A DNA stretch of 62,788 nt, filler included, from Globobulimina sp. (Eukaryota): assembly GCA_003354225.1 (NCBI GenBank). It is 39 parts of 39 records of this genome, joined end to end, with 100 filler letters (N's around TTAATTAATTAA, not from the genome) between each part and the next. Parts side by side here need not be neighbours in the genome. Positions count along the whole stretch, not along the records: positions 35,489 to 37,000 come from PIVH01015504.1; positions 37,101 to 38,612 come from PIVH01015505.1; positions 38,713 to 40,224 come from PIVH01015506.1; positions 40,325 to 41,836 come from PIVH01015507.1; positions 41,937 to 43,448 come from PIVH01015508.1; positions 43,549 to 45,060 come from PIVH01015509.1; positions 45,161 to 46,672 come from PIVH01015510.1; positions 46,773 to 48,284 come from PIVH01015511.1; 31 more parts are not named here. One strand, written 5' to 3'. The notes under the pieces are model-generated. The model was not told where the DNA came from, searched no databases, and saw nothing but the letters and a program-made list of their open reading frames with translations. A program made the position numbers and the translations under genes. Each line of letters starts with the position of its first letter. Within the stretch, counting starts at the first letter, position 1. Below are positions 35,636-47,147 of this stretch, piece after piece.

Positions 35636-37000
35636 TTAAGTATTTTGTGATAATGTTTTAAATGTATTTTTAGAAACGATAACTAAGTCATTGTCCGGAT
35701 ATACAGCACCTTTATTTAACAATGATAGGATTGCTTGTGTTCTTAGTTTTTGTTTGATTGTATTATCGCAACCCGTTGCAATTTGAGCTAATAACTTCAT
35801 ACTCGTTTTAAATACATTCTCATCGATAGTGTTATCACTACAAATTGCATCAAAAAATGAATTTATTGATAATATATATTGATATAGAAAATCATTTATT
35901 TTATTCGCATTTGCATAATGCTCAAGGAAAAAACACACCATATTCACTGTATTCACTCTCATTCCATTGAAGGCCGCTAATAAACGTTGATTGGTAGAAA
36001 TATTATTCGGTGGCCGCACAGAAGCGATAAGTAAACATTTATCCAAGATGCTTACAAACGGCATTGGATTTATTGCATTTGACTGCAATACACTTAATAT
36101 GGCAGAGGTAATACTTTCATATCGGATATAAAAACTATCTGCTTTCAATGTTGAAATTAATTGCGTCATAATAAAATCAGAAAAATGTCGAATTTCATTG
36201 GATCCATTCATCATAAATGCCTTGCAATTGGTATATAAATGTTTAATAATCCCACACATAATAATAGCCGATTCGTCATCGCCATCATCGGATAATACAT
36301 TCAGTAAACATTCAGGCAAATGAATGTTGGTTAAAAATGAAGATAAATATGAATTTCCTTCAATATATTTTATAAACGTATGAATAAATCGTACCACAAT
36401 GTCACTACAATCAGACTGTTGCTGTAATAAATCAATAGTATGATTCATCATTGTTTTTAATGTGATACCATCTAAAGCGACATTGCTATCCTTATTTAAT
36501 ATTGTATGGACAATAGATATTATTTCAAATACTCTCTCCCTGCTTTCACTCTTTGCACCCGCTAAAATCAATATTTTCTTAAGACATTGTTCTAATACTA
36601 ATTTTAAAACACAATGACTATCTTTGTTACTTTCAAACTGATAAATAATACTATTTAATGCTTTTGCCACACACAAATTACGCATCGGCATTAAATGTGT
36701 AACCAAATCGAATTGATGGTTTTTTGTATAAATGGATTGATGTCGGACTTGTGCTAATGCTGTAATTACATCACATATTTTACTTACAATCTCATCCTCG
36801 GCAGATAAAGAATGTACAATAATATCAAATAATGTATCATCATTTATTTGTATATTTGATTTATTATTATTTATTGTCAATTTGATTATCATTAATAATG
36901 TGTCCGTTGCGGTTGCGCGAACTGACATTTTGTTATGTGACATAAATGCGAATATAGGTTCCAATATTTTTGAACATAATCCGTCTAATATGGACGTGGG
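35636..37000 (-). CDS. Divergent importin-beta-like HEAT-repeat protein, C-terminal part
   Basis: All-helical ORF; C-terminal ILSINSFFDAICSD..SMKLLAQIATG..ILSLLNKG resembles the last HEAT repeats of importin beta. Confidence 0.55.
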   Translation of the reverse strand, partial: PTSILDGLCSKILEPIFAFMSHNKMSVRATATDTLLMIIKLTINNNKSNIQINDDTLFDIIVHSLSAEDEIVSKICDVITALAQVRHQSIYTKNHQFDLVTHLMPMRNLCVAKALNSIIYQFESNKDSHCVLKLVLEQCLKKILILAGAKSESRERVFEIISIVHTILNKDSNVALDGITLKTMMNHTIDLLQQQSDCSDIVVRFIHTFIKYIEGNSYLSSFLTNIHLPECLLNVLSDDGDDESAIIMCGIIKHLYTNCKAFMMNGSNEIRHFSDFIMTQLISTLKADSFYIRYESITSAILSVLQSNAINPMPFVSILDKCLLIASVRPPNNISTNQRLLAAFNGMRVNTVNMVCFFLEHYANANKINDFLYQYILSINSFFDAICSDNTIDENVFKTSMKLLAQIATGCDNTIKQKLRTQAILSLLNKGAVYPDNDLVIVSKNTFKTLSQNT

Positions 37001-37100
37001 NNNNNNNNNNNNNNNNNNNNNNNNNNNNNNNNNNNNNNNNNNNNTTAATTAATTAANNNNNNNNNNNNNNNNNNNNNNNNNNNNNNNNNNNNNNNNNNNN

Positions 37101-37952
37101 TGTAAAGTATTAAGCAATAAAATAGAAACTATATTTACTTCCTTTCAAAGCAATTTAAATCAAAAAAAAAGTCAAATGATACAAGAATTAAAAATGGAAT
37201 GTAATCAACATTTGACTCAATTAGCGCAGCAAAAAAAGGTGTTGTTGGATTATGAAAAAGCACTACAAAGTGCCAAAGAAGCAGCAAATGCATTGATATT
37301 AGATCCAAAAATGGATTCTTCCAAACGAGAAAATAAAATAATTCAAATCACTGGCAATGTGGTTGAAAATATGGAGAAGGAGATTCATTTCAAAGTGCCT
37401 GATATTTCTGTTAATATTGATATTGATGCAGTTAACAAATATATTGCTGACATTGGAGGATTTTCAAAGCAATCACCGGCGCCAAATATGAAGTTGACAG
37501 ATATTTGGCATAATGCAGTAAGTGTAAGAATGGAATGTGCGGATAAAACAACAATTGTGGATGGTGTTGTTGAGCTGCAATCAGAACATAAAGGAGACGA
37601 TGAGAAGAATGAATGGATAGTTTATGAATGTAATAAGGGAATGAAACAGAATGAAGTGTTAAAACATTTGCGTTGTGATAATACGTATAATGTTCGAGGT
37701 AAATATAGATCGGTGAATGGTTTATGGAGTATGTATTCAAAGGTTGTTTCATTTAAAACTCTGAAGAAACAAGGATTGGACATTGGAGTTAAGGTTGAGA
37801 TTAAACATAAACATAAACGGAACAAATGGTATGATGGATGTATAGTGGATGTGTTGAATTCGATGGTAAAAGTACATTTTGATGGATTTAATTCCAAATT
37901 TGATGAATGGATAAAAAACAGTGATTGTTCTACTAGAATACGACTAAAATAA
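37101..37952 (+). CDS. Coiled coil + FN3-like + Tudor/Agenet (chromo-barrel) protein, 5'-truncated
   Basis: LRCDNTYNVRGKY..GLWSMYSKVVSFKT (FN3); KWYDGCIVDV..VKVHFDGFNSKFDEWI (Tudor-knot/Agenet). Confidence 0.75.
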   Translation, partial: CKVLSNKIETIFTSFQSNLNQKKSQMIQELKMECNQHLTQLAQQKKVLLDYEKALQSAKEAANALILDPKMDSSKRENKIIQITGNVVENMEKEIHFKVPDISVNIDIDAVNKYIADIGGFSKQSPAPNMKLTDIWHNAVSVRMECADKTTIVDGVVELQSEHKGDDEKNEWIVYECNKGMKQNEVLKHLRCDNTYNVRGKYRSVNGLWSMYSKVVSFKTLKKQGLDIGVKVEIKHKHKRNKWYDGCIVDVLNSMVKVHFDGFNSKFDEWIKNSDCSTRIRLK

Positions 37953-38730
37953 ATTAATTTTGGCCCTACGCGCAAGTAGTGTCACTATTTTATTATACCA
38001 CAAAATACTTTAATAATTATTACCTTATTTTTATGTTTTTAGTTCGATTGTATTTACAAACTTGACAACCAAGTAATGATTTTGCAAAAAAGATGAAAGA
38101 ACAATATACATTTAACAATATATCCCTTGGGCCACGACGTCAGTGGTCTAGAAACCATTACAAGTAGTCCCACTATTGGATACAAGCACACAATGAATTA
38201 GCCAAAATAAGTAACAAACCAAACCACACCCATCAAACCAGATTTACACAGCACACACTAAAAACTATTCGCACATTCAAACGAGGTAAATATGAAGAAT
38301 TTTGGAAAATAGCAAGTGGAGCAAACCATATAATAACAAATAAACAAACCGAAAAAATAAAACTAAAACATATTAAATTAACATGGTATGATAAGAAAAG
38401 ACAACAACAGAAACAAGAACAACACACTCACCATTTCTACACAAAATTGATATCAAAACTTGCAGAATGGTACCACATCACACATAAAATAACATTAGAT
38501 CACTATAAAAATAACTCACAGAAAGCCACAGTCACAACAAAATTAAATAAATATAAACAAACTAAATATAACTATACATACCATGCATGGTGCCCAACGC
38601 GAGCAGAAGGGCNNNNNNNNNNNNNNNNNNNNNNNNNNNNNNNNNNNNNNNNNNNNTTAATTAATTAANNNNNNNNNNNNNNNNNNNNNNNNNNNNNNNN
38701 NNNNNNNNNNNNATTAAACTGTCTTCGTCT

Positions 38731-39360
38731 GTGCTGACTCAATATATAGAAAATGACCGATCATGCATAGGAATTGATGCTGGATTTTGTTTTTGTGACA
38801 CTAAAAAAGCAGTGGATATTTCCCATAATTTACATGATGATTACTATGATAAATTGGTATGGTTTGCAGTCAATACTATGAATAATTTGACAGGAAATGG
38901 TGATTGGGATTGTATTAAATATGATGCATTGGATTTTGTGATTGCTTTATACCTAGAAAATGAGTTGAAAACTAGTGTTGAAATTGTGATTGAAAAGAGA
39001 CATAATGATATTGATGAGAGTGAATATGAATTATTAAAAGAAAATAATCGATGGTTGACCTTTGCGGTTGAATTTGAAATAAATAAAGACGGCAAAGAAA
39101 TGCAGATTCCATTGATTGAAAGGAGCAAATGGAAAATACCTGCGATTACAAGAATTGATTGGTTTAAATATGAAACTTGTTTAATTACACATTATAATCC
39201 GTATGATATATTTGCAAAGAATAAAGCTCAAATATATGCATCAAATAAAAAACGTAATCCATTGGATGGATTGCATCCTGTTTTTAGAAACTATAATTTG
39301 ACACGATATGTTATCAAAACACAAGAAACTTGGAATCTGCGCGTGTGTTCGTGCAAATAA
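38731..39360 (+). CDS. Hypothetical protein, C-terminal part
   Basis: 209-aa ORF with coding-like composition; no recognised motif. Confidence 0.5.
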   Translation: MLTQYIENDRSCIGIDAGFCFCDTKKAVDISHNLHDDYYDKLVWFAVNTMNNLTGNGDWDCIKYDALDFVIALYLENELKTSVEIVIEKRHNDIDESEYELLKENNRWLTFAVEFEINKDGKEMQIPLIERSKWKIPAITRIDWFKYETCLITHYNPYDIFAKNKAQIYASNKKRNPLDGLHPVFRNYNLTRYVIKTQETWNLRVCSCK

Positions 39361-39509
39361 ACGATGAGTTCAGAACGATAACCCCGCCCCTTTTGTATAC
39401 ATTCCATTCAGTTATACATTTGTTATAACTGAATTTGGCAATTTGCAAACCCAAGTAAAGTTATAACAAATAACCGTTTATGACCAGGTTATCTTTTGTA
39501 ATATATAGT
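39361..39509 (-). mobile_element. MITE-like repeat, family A, copy 3 (short, both termini present)
   Basis: Left ACGATGAGTTCAGAACGATAACC; right GGTTATCTTTTGTAATATATAGT (reverse complement ACTATATATTACAAAAGATAACC); interior matches copy 1 in reverse orientation. Confidence 0.75.
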
Positions 39510-39637
39510 ATACAGTCTTGGTATACCAACACTGATATTGTAAATTTTAATCATACAGTATTGTACAAAAAAATATTAATTCAAATAGAAATTGGTAAAA
39601 AATGATACAAATTGATATCAAATATCCGTGCAAACGG

Positions 39638-40224
39638 CTAGTATTCATCATCTACATCACTTGGGTCACTTTGCAATTGTTCATTTAAATTATTATCCAC
39701 AATTTGGTATTGTGCAATTCTATATTTTGAATATTCCACTAATTTATCTAAGTTACGAATCAATGGAATTATTGATGGTAAAAATATTAATGAATCAATT
39801 ATTCGTACAACAAATCCATGATTGTGATGAGGAATAATACCATAAAATACAAACATAGGATATACCAAATTAGCTACGATTACAACAGTCATTCCAATAA
39901 ATGCTATTTTAAATAATAAATTCCAATTAGCGACTTTATGTACATTTTGTGGCTGTGGTAAATTTAAATAACTGTGGACATAAACTGCAAATACAAATTT
40001 TTCTTTATTATGCCAATGATATAATATCATCATAGTTAAATATGTAATTATTCCGCATGGAATATAATAAACATATGATGCTGACATCTGTTGATCTGAT
40101 GTCATGAAAAATAATCCAATTAAAAAACTTAAATAAATAATCGGCAAAACTAAAAAAATAATAATTTTCATTAATCTATTTTCATGCAATGGTGATAAAA
40201 TTATGATATTTGACATAATGAGAT
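39638..40224 (-). CDS. Multi-pass membrane protein
   Basis: 192-aa ORF with four hydrophobic helices. Confidence 0.5.
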
Positions 40225-40380
40225 NNNNNNNNNNNNNNNNNNNNNNNNNNNNNNNNNNNNNNNNNNNNTTAATTAATTAANNNNNNNNNNNNNNNNNNNN
40301 NNNNNNNNNNNNNNNNNNNNNNNNAAATAGTAAGGTAAGGTAAAGTAAACTGAATTAAACATTTAAATTAAACACTTTAT

Positions 40381-41835
40381 TTATAAATCATTAATTTTTT
40401 CATCCGTATCAACCGCCACGAATTTAGGTTTCGAGTTATGAACATCAATACGCATTTCATCAATCGACACATAATTCTCTGTAATCAATTCATATCTCCA
40501 TTGCGCAAAATGCTTAGCTGCCACCAACGGTGCCGGCAATTTCGGTTTCTTAGCAAATGGAATCCCGGGCGCATACATCCAAAACTGCGCGTAAATAATC
40601 TGATAATAATCCGACAATAACTCCGAATTATTGTCCAAATGTTTCTTTGGTTTTTTATCCAAATTACTATCCTTATTCTCATTATATTCATCATTCAATG
40701 TAATAAATCGCAATACCCGCTCATATTCCACCTCTTGTTTGCAGCCATAACTCATATAACAATCCAGCCATTCACACGAATTTATCCCTGCATTCACCAC
40801 AATCGCTGGCCGCACCATCTGATATGAATTGCGCTGCACATCATGTGCACCAAATACGTCATGCACATTTTCCTGAATAATGGTAAACAGAATGCCCGGA
40901 AACCATTTCTTTTTCCCAGTTATCTCCTTAATCTCCGCGCGTTTCTCCTTGACAGAAATCGCAAATTGCTGCTTGATGCCGGCCAATTCTTTGCTTATTA
41001 TGGCACGAAACAACGAGTCGCCACCGCTCGAACGCAAAAAAATAAGATTGCTCGGCAACTTTTCTTTGGACCCTTTCCTGCGATCCTCGAGGATCTCTGC
41101 AAAATTCGTATCAAGCACGCTTTTCACAAACTGCTTCATCAAATAACGCGGGATAACATCGCACCGCTTCGGTATAATAAAAGTGTGATTACGCACAAAT
41201 TTCAATGCCCCTTCAAAGGGTTTGCGGCTACACGTTATCACACAGATATTCACGTCTTTTTTCTTCGCCACTTCAATGCCTAACATCCATAAGTTATCGA
41301 TATTAAATCGCTTCGAAGGCAGCACCGGATCCATTCTATACAAACCATAGTTTGCTTTCAAAAATAGCGAATCAAACACGCCAAACGCGGCATTTCTGTT
41401 TGTTGCGTTGGTGGAAAGCATAAACTGCAGATCCAATGCGCGATATTGCCCTTTGATGGACGGTCTGCGGCTGCTGCTACGAGCTACGTTTCCTGTTAAT
41501 GAGGTATTGGGCGCATCCGTGGATAGACAGAAATTTGTAATATCGATTTTTTGCTTCGAACCGGTCATGTCGTTGGGTACTAAAAATAGCGACACTGCAC
41601 AGCCATTATTGCGTACTGCCTGTCGTACGCTTAATAGTTGGGCATAATCAATGGCTTCAACGCGAGGCATCGACAATGGAATGGGTCGGAAACGTCTTTT
41701 TTGGCGAACAAAGAACTCGTATGATTGTGCCAGTTGTTCCGCGGCGCGTCGATTATCTGAATTTTGGTCGTAATAAATGATCCATGCTTTGCCTGCTTTT
41801 TCATAAAAAATCAAATTATTCACACGCGACCAGTC
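40381..41835 (-). CDS. Highly divergent Argonaute/PIWI-family protein (MID-PIWI), predicted slicer-inactive, 5'-truncated
   Basis: PIWI blocks in canonical order: WMLGIEV, LPSNLIFLRSSGGDSLF..KELAGIK, PGILFTIIQ, RPAIVVNAGI..LDCYM, RFITLNDE, YQIIYAQFWMY, KLPAPLVAAKHFA. Confidence 0.85.
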   Translation of the reverse strand, partial: DWSRVNNLIFYEKAGKAWIIYYDQNSDNRRAAEQLAQSYEFFVRQKRRFRPIPLSMPRVEAIDYAQLLSVRQAVRNNGCAVSLFLVPNDMTGSKQKIDITNFCLSTDAPNTSLTGNVARSSSRRPSIKGQYRALDLQFMLSTNATNRNAAFGVFDSLFLKANYGLYRMDPVLPSKRFNIDNLWMLGIEVAKKKDVNICVITCSRKPFEGALKFVRNHTFIIPKRCDVIPRYLMKQFVKSVLDTNFAEILEDRRKGSKEKLPSNLIFLRSSGGDSLFRAIISKELAGIKQQFAISVKEKRAEIKEITGKKKWFPGILFTIIQENVHDVFGAHDVQRNSYQMVRPAIVVNAGINSCEWLDCYMSYGCKQEVEYERVLRFITLNDEYNENKDSNLDKKPKKHLDNNSELLSDYYQIIYAQFWMYAPGIPFAKKPKLPAPLVAAKHFAQWRYELITENYVSIDEMRIDVHNSKPKFVAVDTDEKINDL

Positions 41836-41936
41836 TNNNNNNNNNNNNNNNNNNNNNNNNNNNNNNNNNNNNNNNNNNNNTTAATTAATTAANNNNNNNN
41901 NNNNNNNNNNNNNNNNNNNNNNNNNNNNNNNNNNNN

Positions 41937-43448
41937 TCTTTCGTCTACAAATCATTAATTCTGCGTTATTTGTTGTCAACACCCCAACTAAAAATTGCGT
42001 CAACTCATCATTATGTTTATACGGTTTTGGAGCCGGCAATTTCGAATCCAAATTATAAAAACAACCGTTAATTTTCTTAATCGCCAACCAATGCCTTCTG
42101 CTAAATATACCAAAAATAGCTTTTTGCGGATTATTTAAAATAAAACCAACAAATTCCACCGATTTATCGGGCTCTAAAAATAATGCATTATCTACATCTA
42201 ATTCCTTTGCTTTCCGTGCATCAAACCATTGAACATCAACGTTAATATTACCCAACGCCATCATCAATACATTTGCATCATAATTACCAGTCTGCAATAT
42301 CGATTTATGTGGATTTATCATCTTATTTGGCGCTAACATTTTACATATATTATCTAATGATTTATTATTAAATTCTTCCCTTTGCAATAACGAATTCAAT
42401 GCATGCAATAAACACATTTCCCATTTCTGTTTCTCATGATACAAATCCTGACCATCGTCCTTGACTTCCTCCTCCATTCCATCCTTCTCCTCCTCCTCCC
42501 CCTCCTCATTGCCTTTGGTTTCAGCATTTTCCACCACATCTTCCAATAATACGTCCGTTGTAACTGCAAAATTCGACACATTGTCCTCAAATTCATGCTC
42601 CGTGGAATTCGAAAGTGATATCGATGAACAACTGATATGTACGGGGAGTGGTGGGGTTTGTATATGTGTCGAAAAACCCGGAGTGGTCATTTCCGTCATC
42701 TCCAATCCCGGCGTCATAATTCCAGGGGTCATAATTCCAGGCGTTTCTCCCGGTAATGCACAGCCGGAAAAATCCACCATTCCGCCTGGTGTATCAACAT
42801 AGTGCATCACTTTAACATTTCCTAAGTCAATTTCTGTCAATGTTTTAGTGGAAAAAGCCTTTTTTAATTTGTTACGTTTATATTTCTCTCTGAGGCCGAT
42901 ACAAATACAAAATATAATGCATAAACAGCTGGTTATAATTGTTATTTGGATGAATAAAGTTGTATTTACAAATGATACTTGTGGTGATTCTGTAATTAAA
43001 TATCGTGTAGTTGTGGATATTGAATTTTGTACTTGGCCATCTTGATCGGATGCTGTTGTTTTTTCTTGTGATTGGGATAATGTTGCTGATGGAAAGCAAA
43101 ATTCATAAAAATAATATGTACAAATACCTGTTAGCGCTGTAGTATTATTTGTTGGTATATTAGTTGGAATATTGGATGGATAATTGGTTGGAATGGTTGT
43201 TGTGATATTTGTTGGTGATGGTGTTGGAGTATATGTCGGTGAACTTGTTGTTGGCGGACTTGTGATTGGATTATTAGTTGGAATATAGGATGGAATATTT
43301 GTTGGTGTGACTGTAGGGTTTGTTGTAGAAAGAGTGGGGTTATTTGTTGGCACAGTTGTTGGTGCCGCAGTAAATAATTCGCCATTCACTTCAAATGTAA
43401 CTCTTAGTGATCTGAATGTGACTGCAGCCCCATTTGTAGCGAACCCAA
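41937..43448 (-). CDS. PT-repeat stalk + TM + cytoplasmic linker + Josephin (JOSD1/2-like) deubiquitinase; probable in-frame intron 43086-43127
   Basis: Single stop-free frame; YHEKQKWEMCLLHALNSLLQ, GNYDANVLMMAL, RRHWLAIKK..FYNLDSKL (Cys-His-Asp present). Confidence 0.85.
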
Positions 43449-43673
43449 NNNNNNNNNNNNNNNNNNNNNNNNNNNNNNNNNNNNNNNNNNNNTTAATTAA
43501 TTAANNNNNNNNNNNNNNNNNNNNNNNNNNNNNNNNNNNNNNNNNNNNAAACAAACAAAAACAAAATTAAAATAGAAGCGACGACAAGTCACAATAGGAA
43601 AAACTCAAATATTCACAACAGATTATTTTCTTTTCTTTTCTTTTGCTATTTGATTAAAAAAATAATTAATTAT

Positions 43674-43973
43674 TTATGTTCCGCGCACTTCTCTTAATTC
43701 TCTGGTTAATTGACATCCGGCACAACAACAAAACACCATTGTGTCACTAAAACACGATCCTTCAATACCGCGTTTCTCGCGTAATGGACCGGTCACAATA
43801 CATGGATGACAGATGGATAATAAACAAAATAATATACATCCAACAGCAAACGATCCTAAATCACCATCTCTATAAATCTCACCCGCGGCACATGCTGGAC
43901 AACAATACACATAAATACAGGCCGAGCACTCTCCAAAACACTCAAATAGTCCGTTGCTCCATTCTTTACTCAT
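43674..43973 (-). CDS. PLAC8/cornifelin family Cys-rich protein
   Basis: WSNGLFECF..CCPAC..LREKRGIEGSCFSD..CCAGCQLTRE. Confidence 0.92.
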   Translation of the reverse strand: MSKEWSNGLFECFGECSACIYVYCCPACAAGEIYRDGDLGSFAVGCILFCLLSICHPCIVTGPLREKRGIEGSCFSDTMVFCCCAGCQLTRELREVRGT

Positions 43974-44553
43974 CTTTTTATTTGGCTTTAATTAATTTGT
44001 GCGAATTTGCGCTTCAATTGCTGTAAAAAAACAAAAATAGGAATATTAGAATTATTTGCTTTTGTTTTGTTTGGCTTGGCCTATACCATCACAATCAATT
44101 AAAATATACCATTTCACGCGTTAGTGAAGTTGCTGGTTATTTAGTGCGAATTTGCGTTTTTAATTTATATATATATCGATTGTAATGGTAATGGTAATCA
44201 GTGTGATTGCTAGGTCAACGAAGGGCTACCTGTTGTTAAGTGTTGATTGTAGGAGGGTTTGGATGAAGAAAAGTTTTTGTGAAAATGTTTTGTTAAGAAA
44301 TTAATTAATTAAATCTGCCACAGATATCTGATATCGAGCTAGCCTAATCGAGGCTGACCAAATATGTCAAAAACGCGAGCAATCACTGAGCATAACTTAA
44401 GTTGGATATTTTAGATGGCGCAATCCCGAAAATGTAATAAATCTATTAAAGCATATTTAAGCATTTGTGGTTGTATCGAAAAGAAGGGTCTGAAGGGATT
44501 GGTTCAAGGAAACAGAATACCAAAATGCTACTAATGGATTCTGTACATTCACA

Positions 44554-44735
44554 ATTTATCGCAGTGGTTTTAAGTTTCATGTTTTTATGTTTAGAGGTTT
44601 GTAGGTTTGACCAATATTTTCACTGCAGATCAGCAGTAATGAAAGAAACATAATCGGATTTTGTCGGACCTACATGTACAAACATTGAAACCTCGAAACA
44701 TAAAAAACATGAAACCTAAAACATCTGCGATAAAT
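44554..44735. mobile_element. Fold-back/MITE-like element, family B, with imperfect ~47-bp terminal inverted repeats
   Basis: ATTTATCGCAGTGGTTTTAAGTTTCATGTTTTTATGTTTAGAGGTTT pairs with AAACCTCGAAACATAAAAAACATGAAACCTAAAACATCTGCGATAAAT. Confidence 0.7.
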
Positions 44736-45162
44736 GCAGTTGTTTCATTGGTTCAGGTAGATTCCACCTGATATTGGTATTGATGTTGAGAGAATATATG
44801 ACATTCAATTACGTGAATATTATGAATTGGAATATTGCAACTTTCAAAAACTATTATATAATTGAAAACATTTTTATTTTATGACTTCACGTTTGACACT
44901 ATGAAAAAAAAATTATTCCACAATATCCACACACAACAAACATATACCTTCAAGACATGCGTACTGTAGGCAATAGGGAATGCCCTTCTTGGGTACAAAG
45001 ATATTATCCATTAAGCGGGCCTGTGCTTAAGCTGGTCTTGGTGGTATTAAACAATGATTTNNNNNNNNNNNNNNNNNNNNNNNNNNNNNNNNNNNNNNNN
45101 NNNNTTAATTAATTAANNNNNNNNNNNNNNNNNNNNNNNNNNNNNNNNNNNNNNNNNNNNGC

Positions 45163-46671
45163 CGTGGCAGTAATGATTCGTACGAGTTCTCTGCAAATAA
45201 GAAGTTTACCAGTTGGCGGATATTAATCTCACGCCTGAATACCATGATTGTGGACATGAAGATTGAACCGTTTATCTATTGCTGGCCTTTGAGCGACCCG
45301 TTTCATATCAGAGACGAATATGTTATCTCCAATTTGAAAAATAGTAACAATATTTTATTGAAGACGCCGCGCATTGAATTGAGCATTGGCAAAGATGTCA
45401 AATTAGCATTTAAAGCACTGCAGTTTTATTCGTATAGACATGAACCGAAAGTGCGCAAATCATTTGAATATTATATATTAAGTACCATTGCTCCCAATAA
45501 AAATAAATGTAACTCAATTTATCCCATTATACAACCCTTCACAGCGACGGTGCATTCCACCACGCAGCTGATTAAAAAGAAAGCTTCCGGACATTTAAGA
45601 TTTGGATCGCCGGAGAGTTTGATTAATACACAGAGCAAAGTTTTACTTATTTCGTTGAAGTGTGATCCGCTTAAAATTTCCTTGAATGCACATCAAGCGG
45701 TATGTATAAGCTCTGTTTTGCGCAATATGGTGTCACGCAGGTTTGTGCCGGACGAGCGTACACATCCATCACTGCATAATACACCATATTATAACTCGCA
45801 ATCGCCATGGAACGATGAGAAAGAAAGCGGTCCAAAACTGGAACATATCTCTGCCGCGTATCATATTGAAAAGCAAATTGCGAAGAAAACATTGCCGGTG
45901 CGGTTCGAATGTAAAATGCCGAGTGTTACATGTTGTCTTTATCCCGACGCAACATCGTCGGAGCTGAGTTTGAATAAAACTTCCAATTATCTGCAGGTTA
46001 AAGTATCTGAAACGAATGTGGTGGCTGAATTTAATCAGAATTTAGAGCTCACAAAATGGAAAGGAAACTTATCCAAAATATCCTGCCAATATTTGCATTA
46101 TGCGAAACATGCATTGTCTCATCCATCACATCAGTTATTTAATGTGAATGAAATTGAGTCATTTTATTCGCAGCAGATCCCGCATCATAACAGCAAAAAT
46201 GACCTAACTTCCAATAATTTAGCATTTGTCACATTGAATGGCGATTTATTGAAGTTTGTGTACGTTCAGGCACATGTATCCCCCGTTAAAATTGTGTACA
46301 ATGCCTATGTGATTGATAAAATGATTGGGTTATTTTCGCTGTTAAAAGTACCAGATTTCTCAATAAGTTCCAAAGCTGCATATCAAGCGGAATGGGCTAA
46401 GAAATTAGCAACAGACACTACTATGAATCGATCGGTATCATATTTGAAATTATCGACCAAAGCAATGTTTGGTGATCAGACCAATGATCCGTCGCAAAGT
46501 GCAGATATTACATCGCGCACAGCACAGATACACACACATACAGTCAATCCGACTTTATCCAATCGACCCAATTCTGCCCCAGTGGAAGTACCAGCCAATG
46601 CTGCCACGGACCATAAAGGCTCAGACGATATCAACCAATCTGCGACGATCCCATTGACAGAAGATAACGTC
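45163..46671 (+). CDS. Large protein fragment, possibly VPS13/bridge-like lipid-transfer family
   Basis: Open across the contig; repeated beta-strand then helix units such as CDPLKISLNAHQ and VSPVKIVYNAYVIDKMIGLF. Confidence 0.45.
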
Positions 46672-47147
46672 CNNNNNNNNNNNNNNNNNNNNNNNNNNNN
46701 NNNNNNNNNNNNNNNNTTAATTAATTAANNNNNNNNNNNNNNNNNNNNNNNNNNNNNNNNNNNNNNNNNNNNAGTTTTAAATAAACAGAGTAGAAAAACT
46801 TTTTTTTTTCAATGTGCACTCATATCACGGTTATTCGTTTTGTATACAGGAACACAATTCCCATCATTTTAAGATAAATCAATGAAACAAGGTGTTACCA
46901 CTATTTTGCATCCGTGTATGGTGAATTGGTCAAATTGCTGTTTTCGAACATCACAATTTAGCTACTATCAGACTACTTTGTTTGTGTTGGTAAACTTGAA
47001 ACACACTATTTATTATTTGGAATCAGATATTTTAAGTTTATGGGATATATATAGAATTTATACTGCATTCATATTATGAGAATATAGTTGCGACCTCTAT
47101 ACATTCATAATGTGGGTACACAAATATTAAACAATAACAATAACAAC

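Noticed and set aside
38170-38612. A/C-rich open frame with WIQAHNE, faintly like a LINE RNase H motif
   Set aside because: Motif spacing is wrong and no other RT or RNase H motifs are visible; too weak to call.
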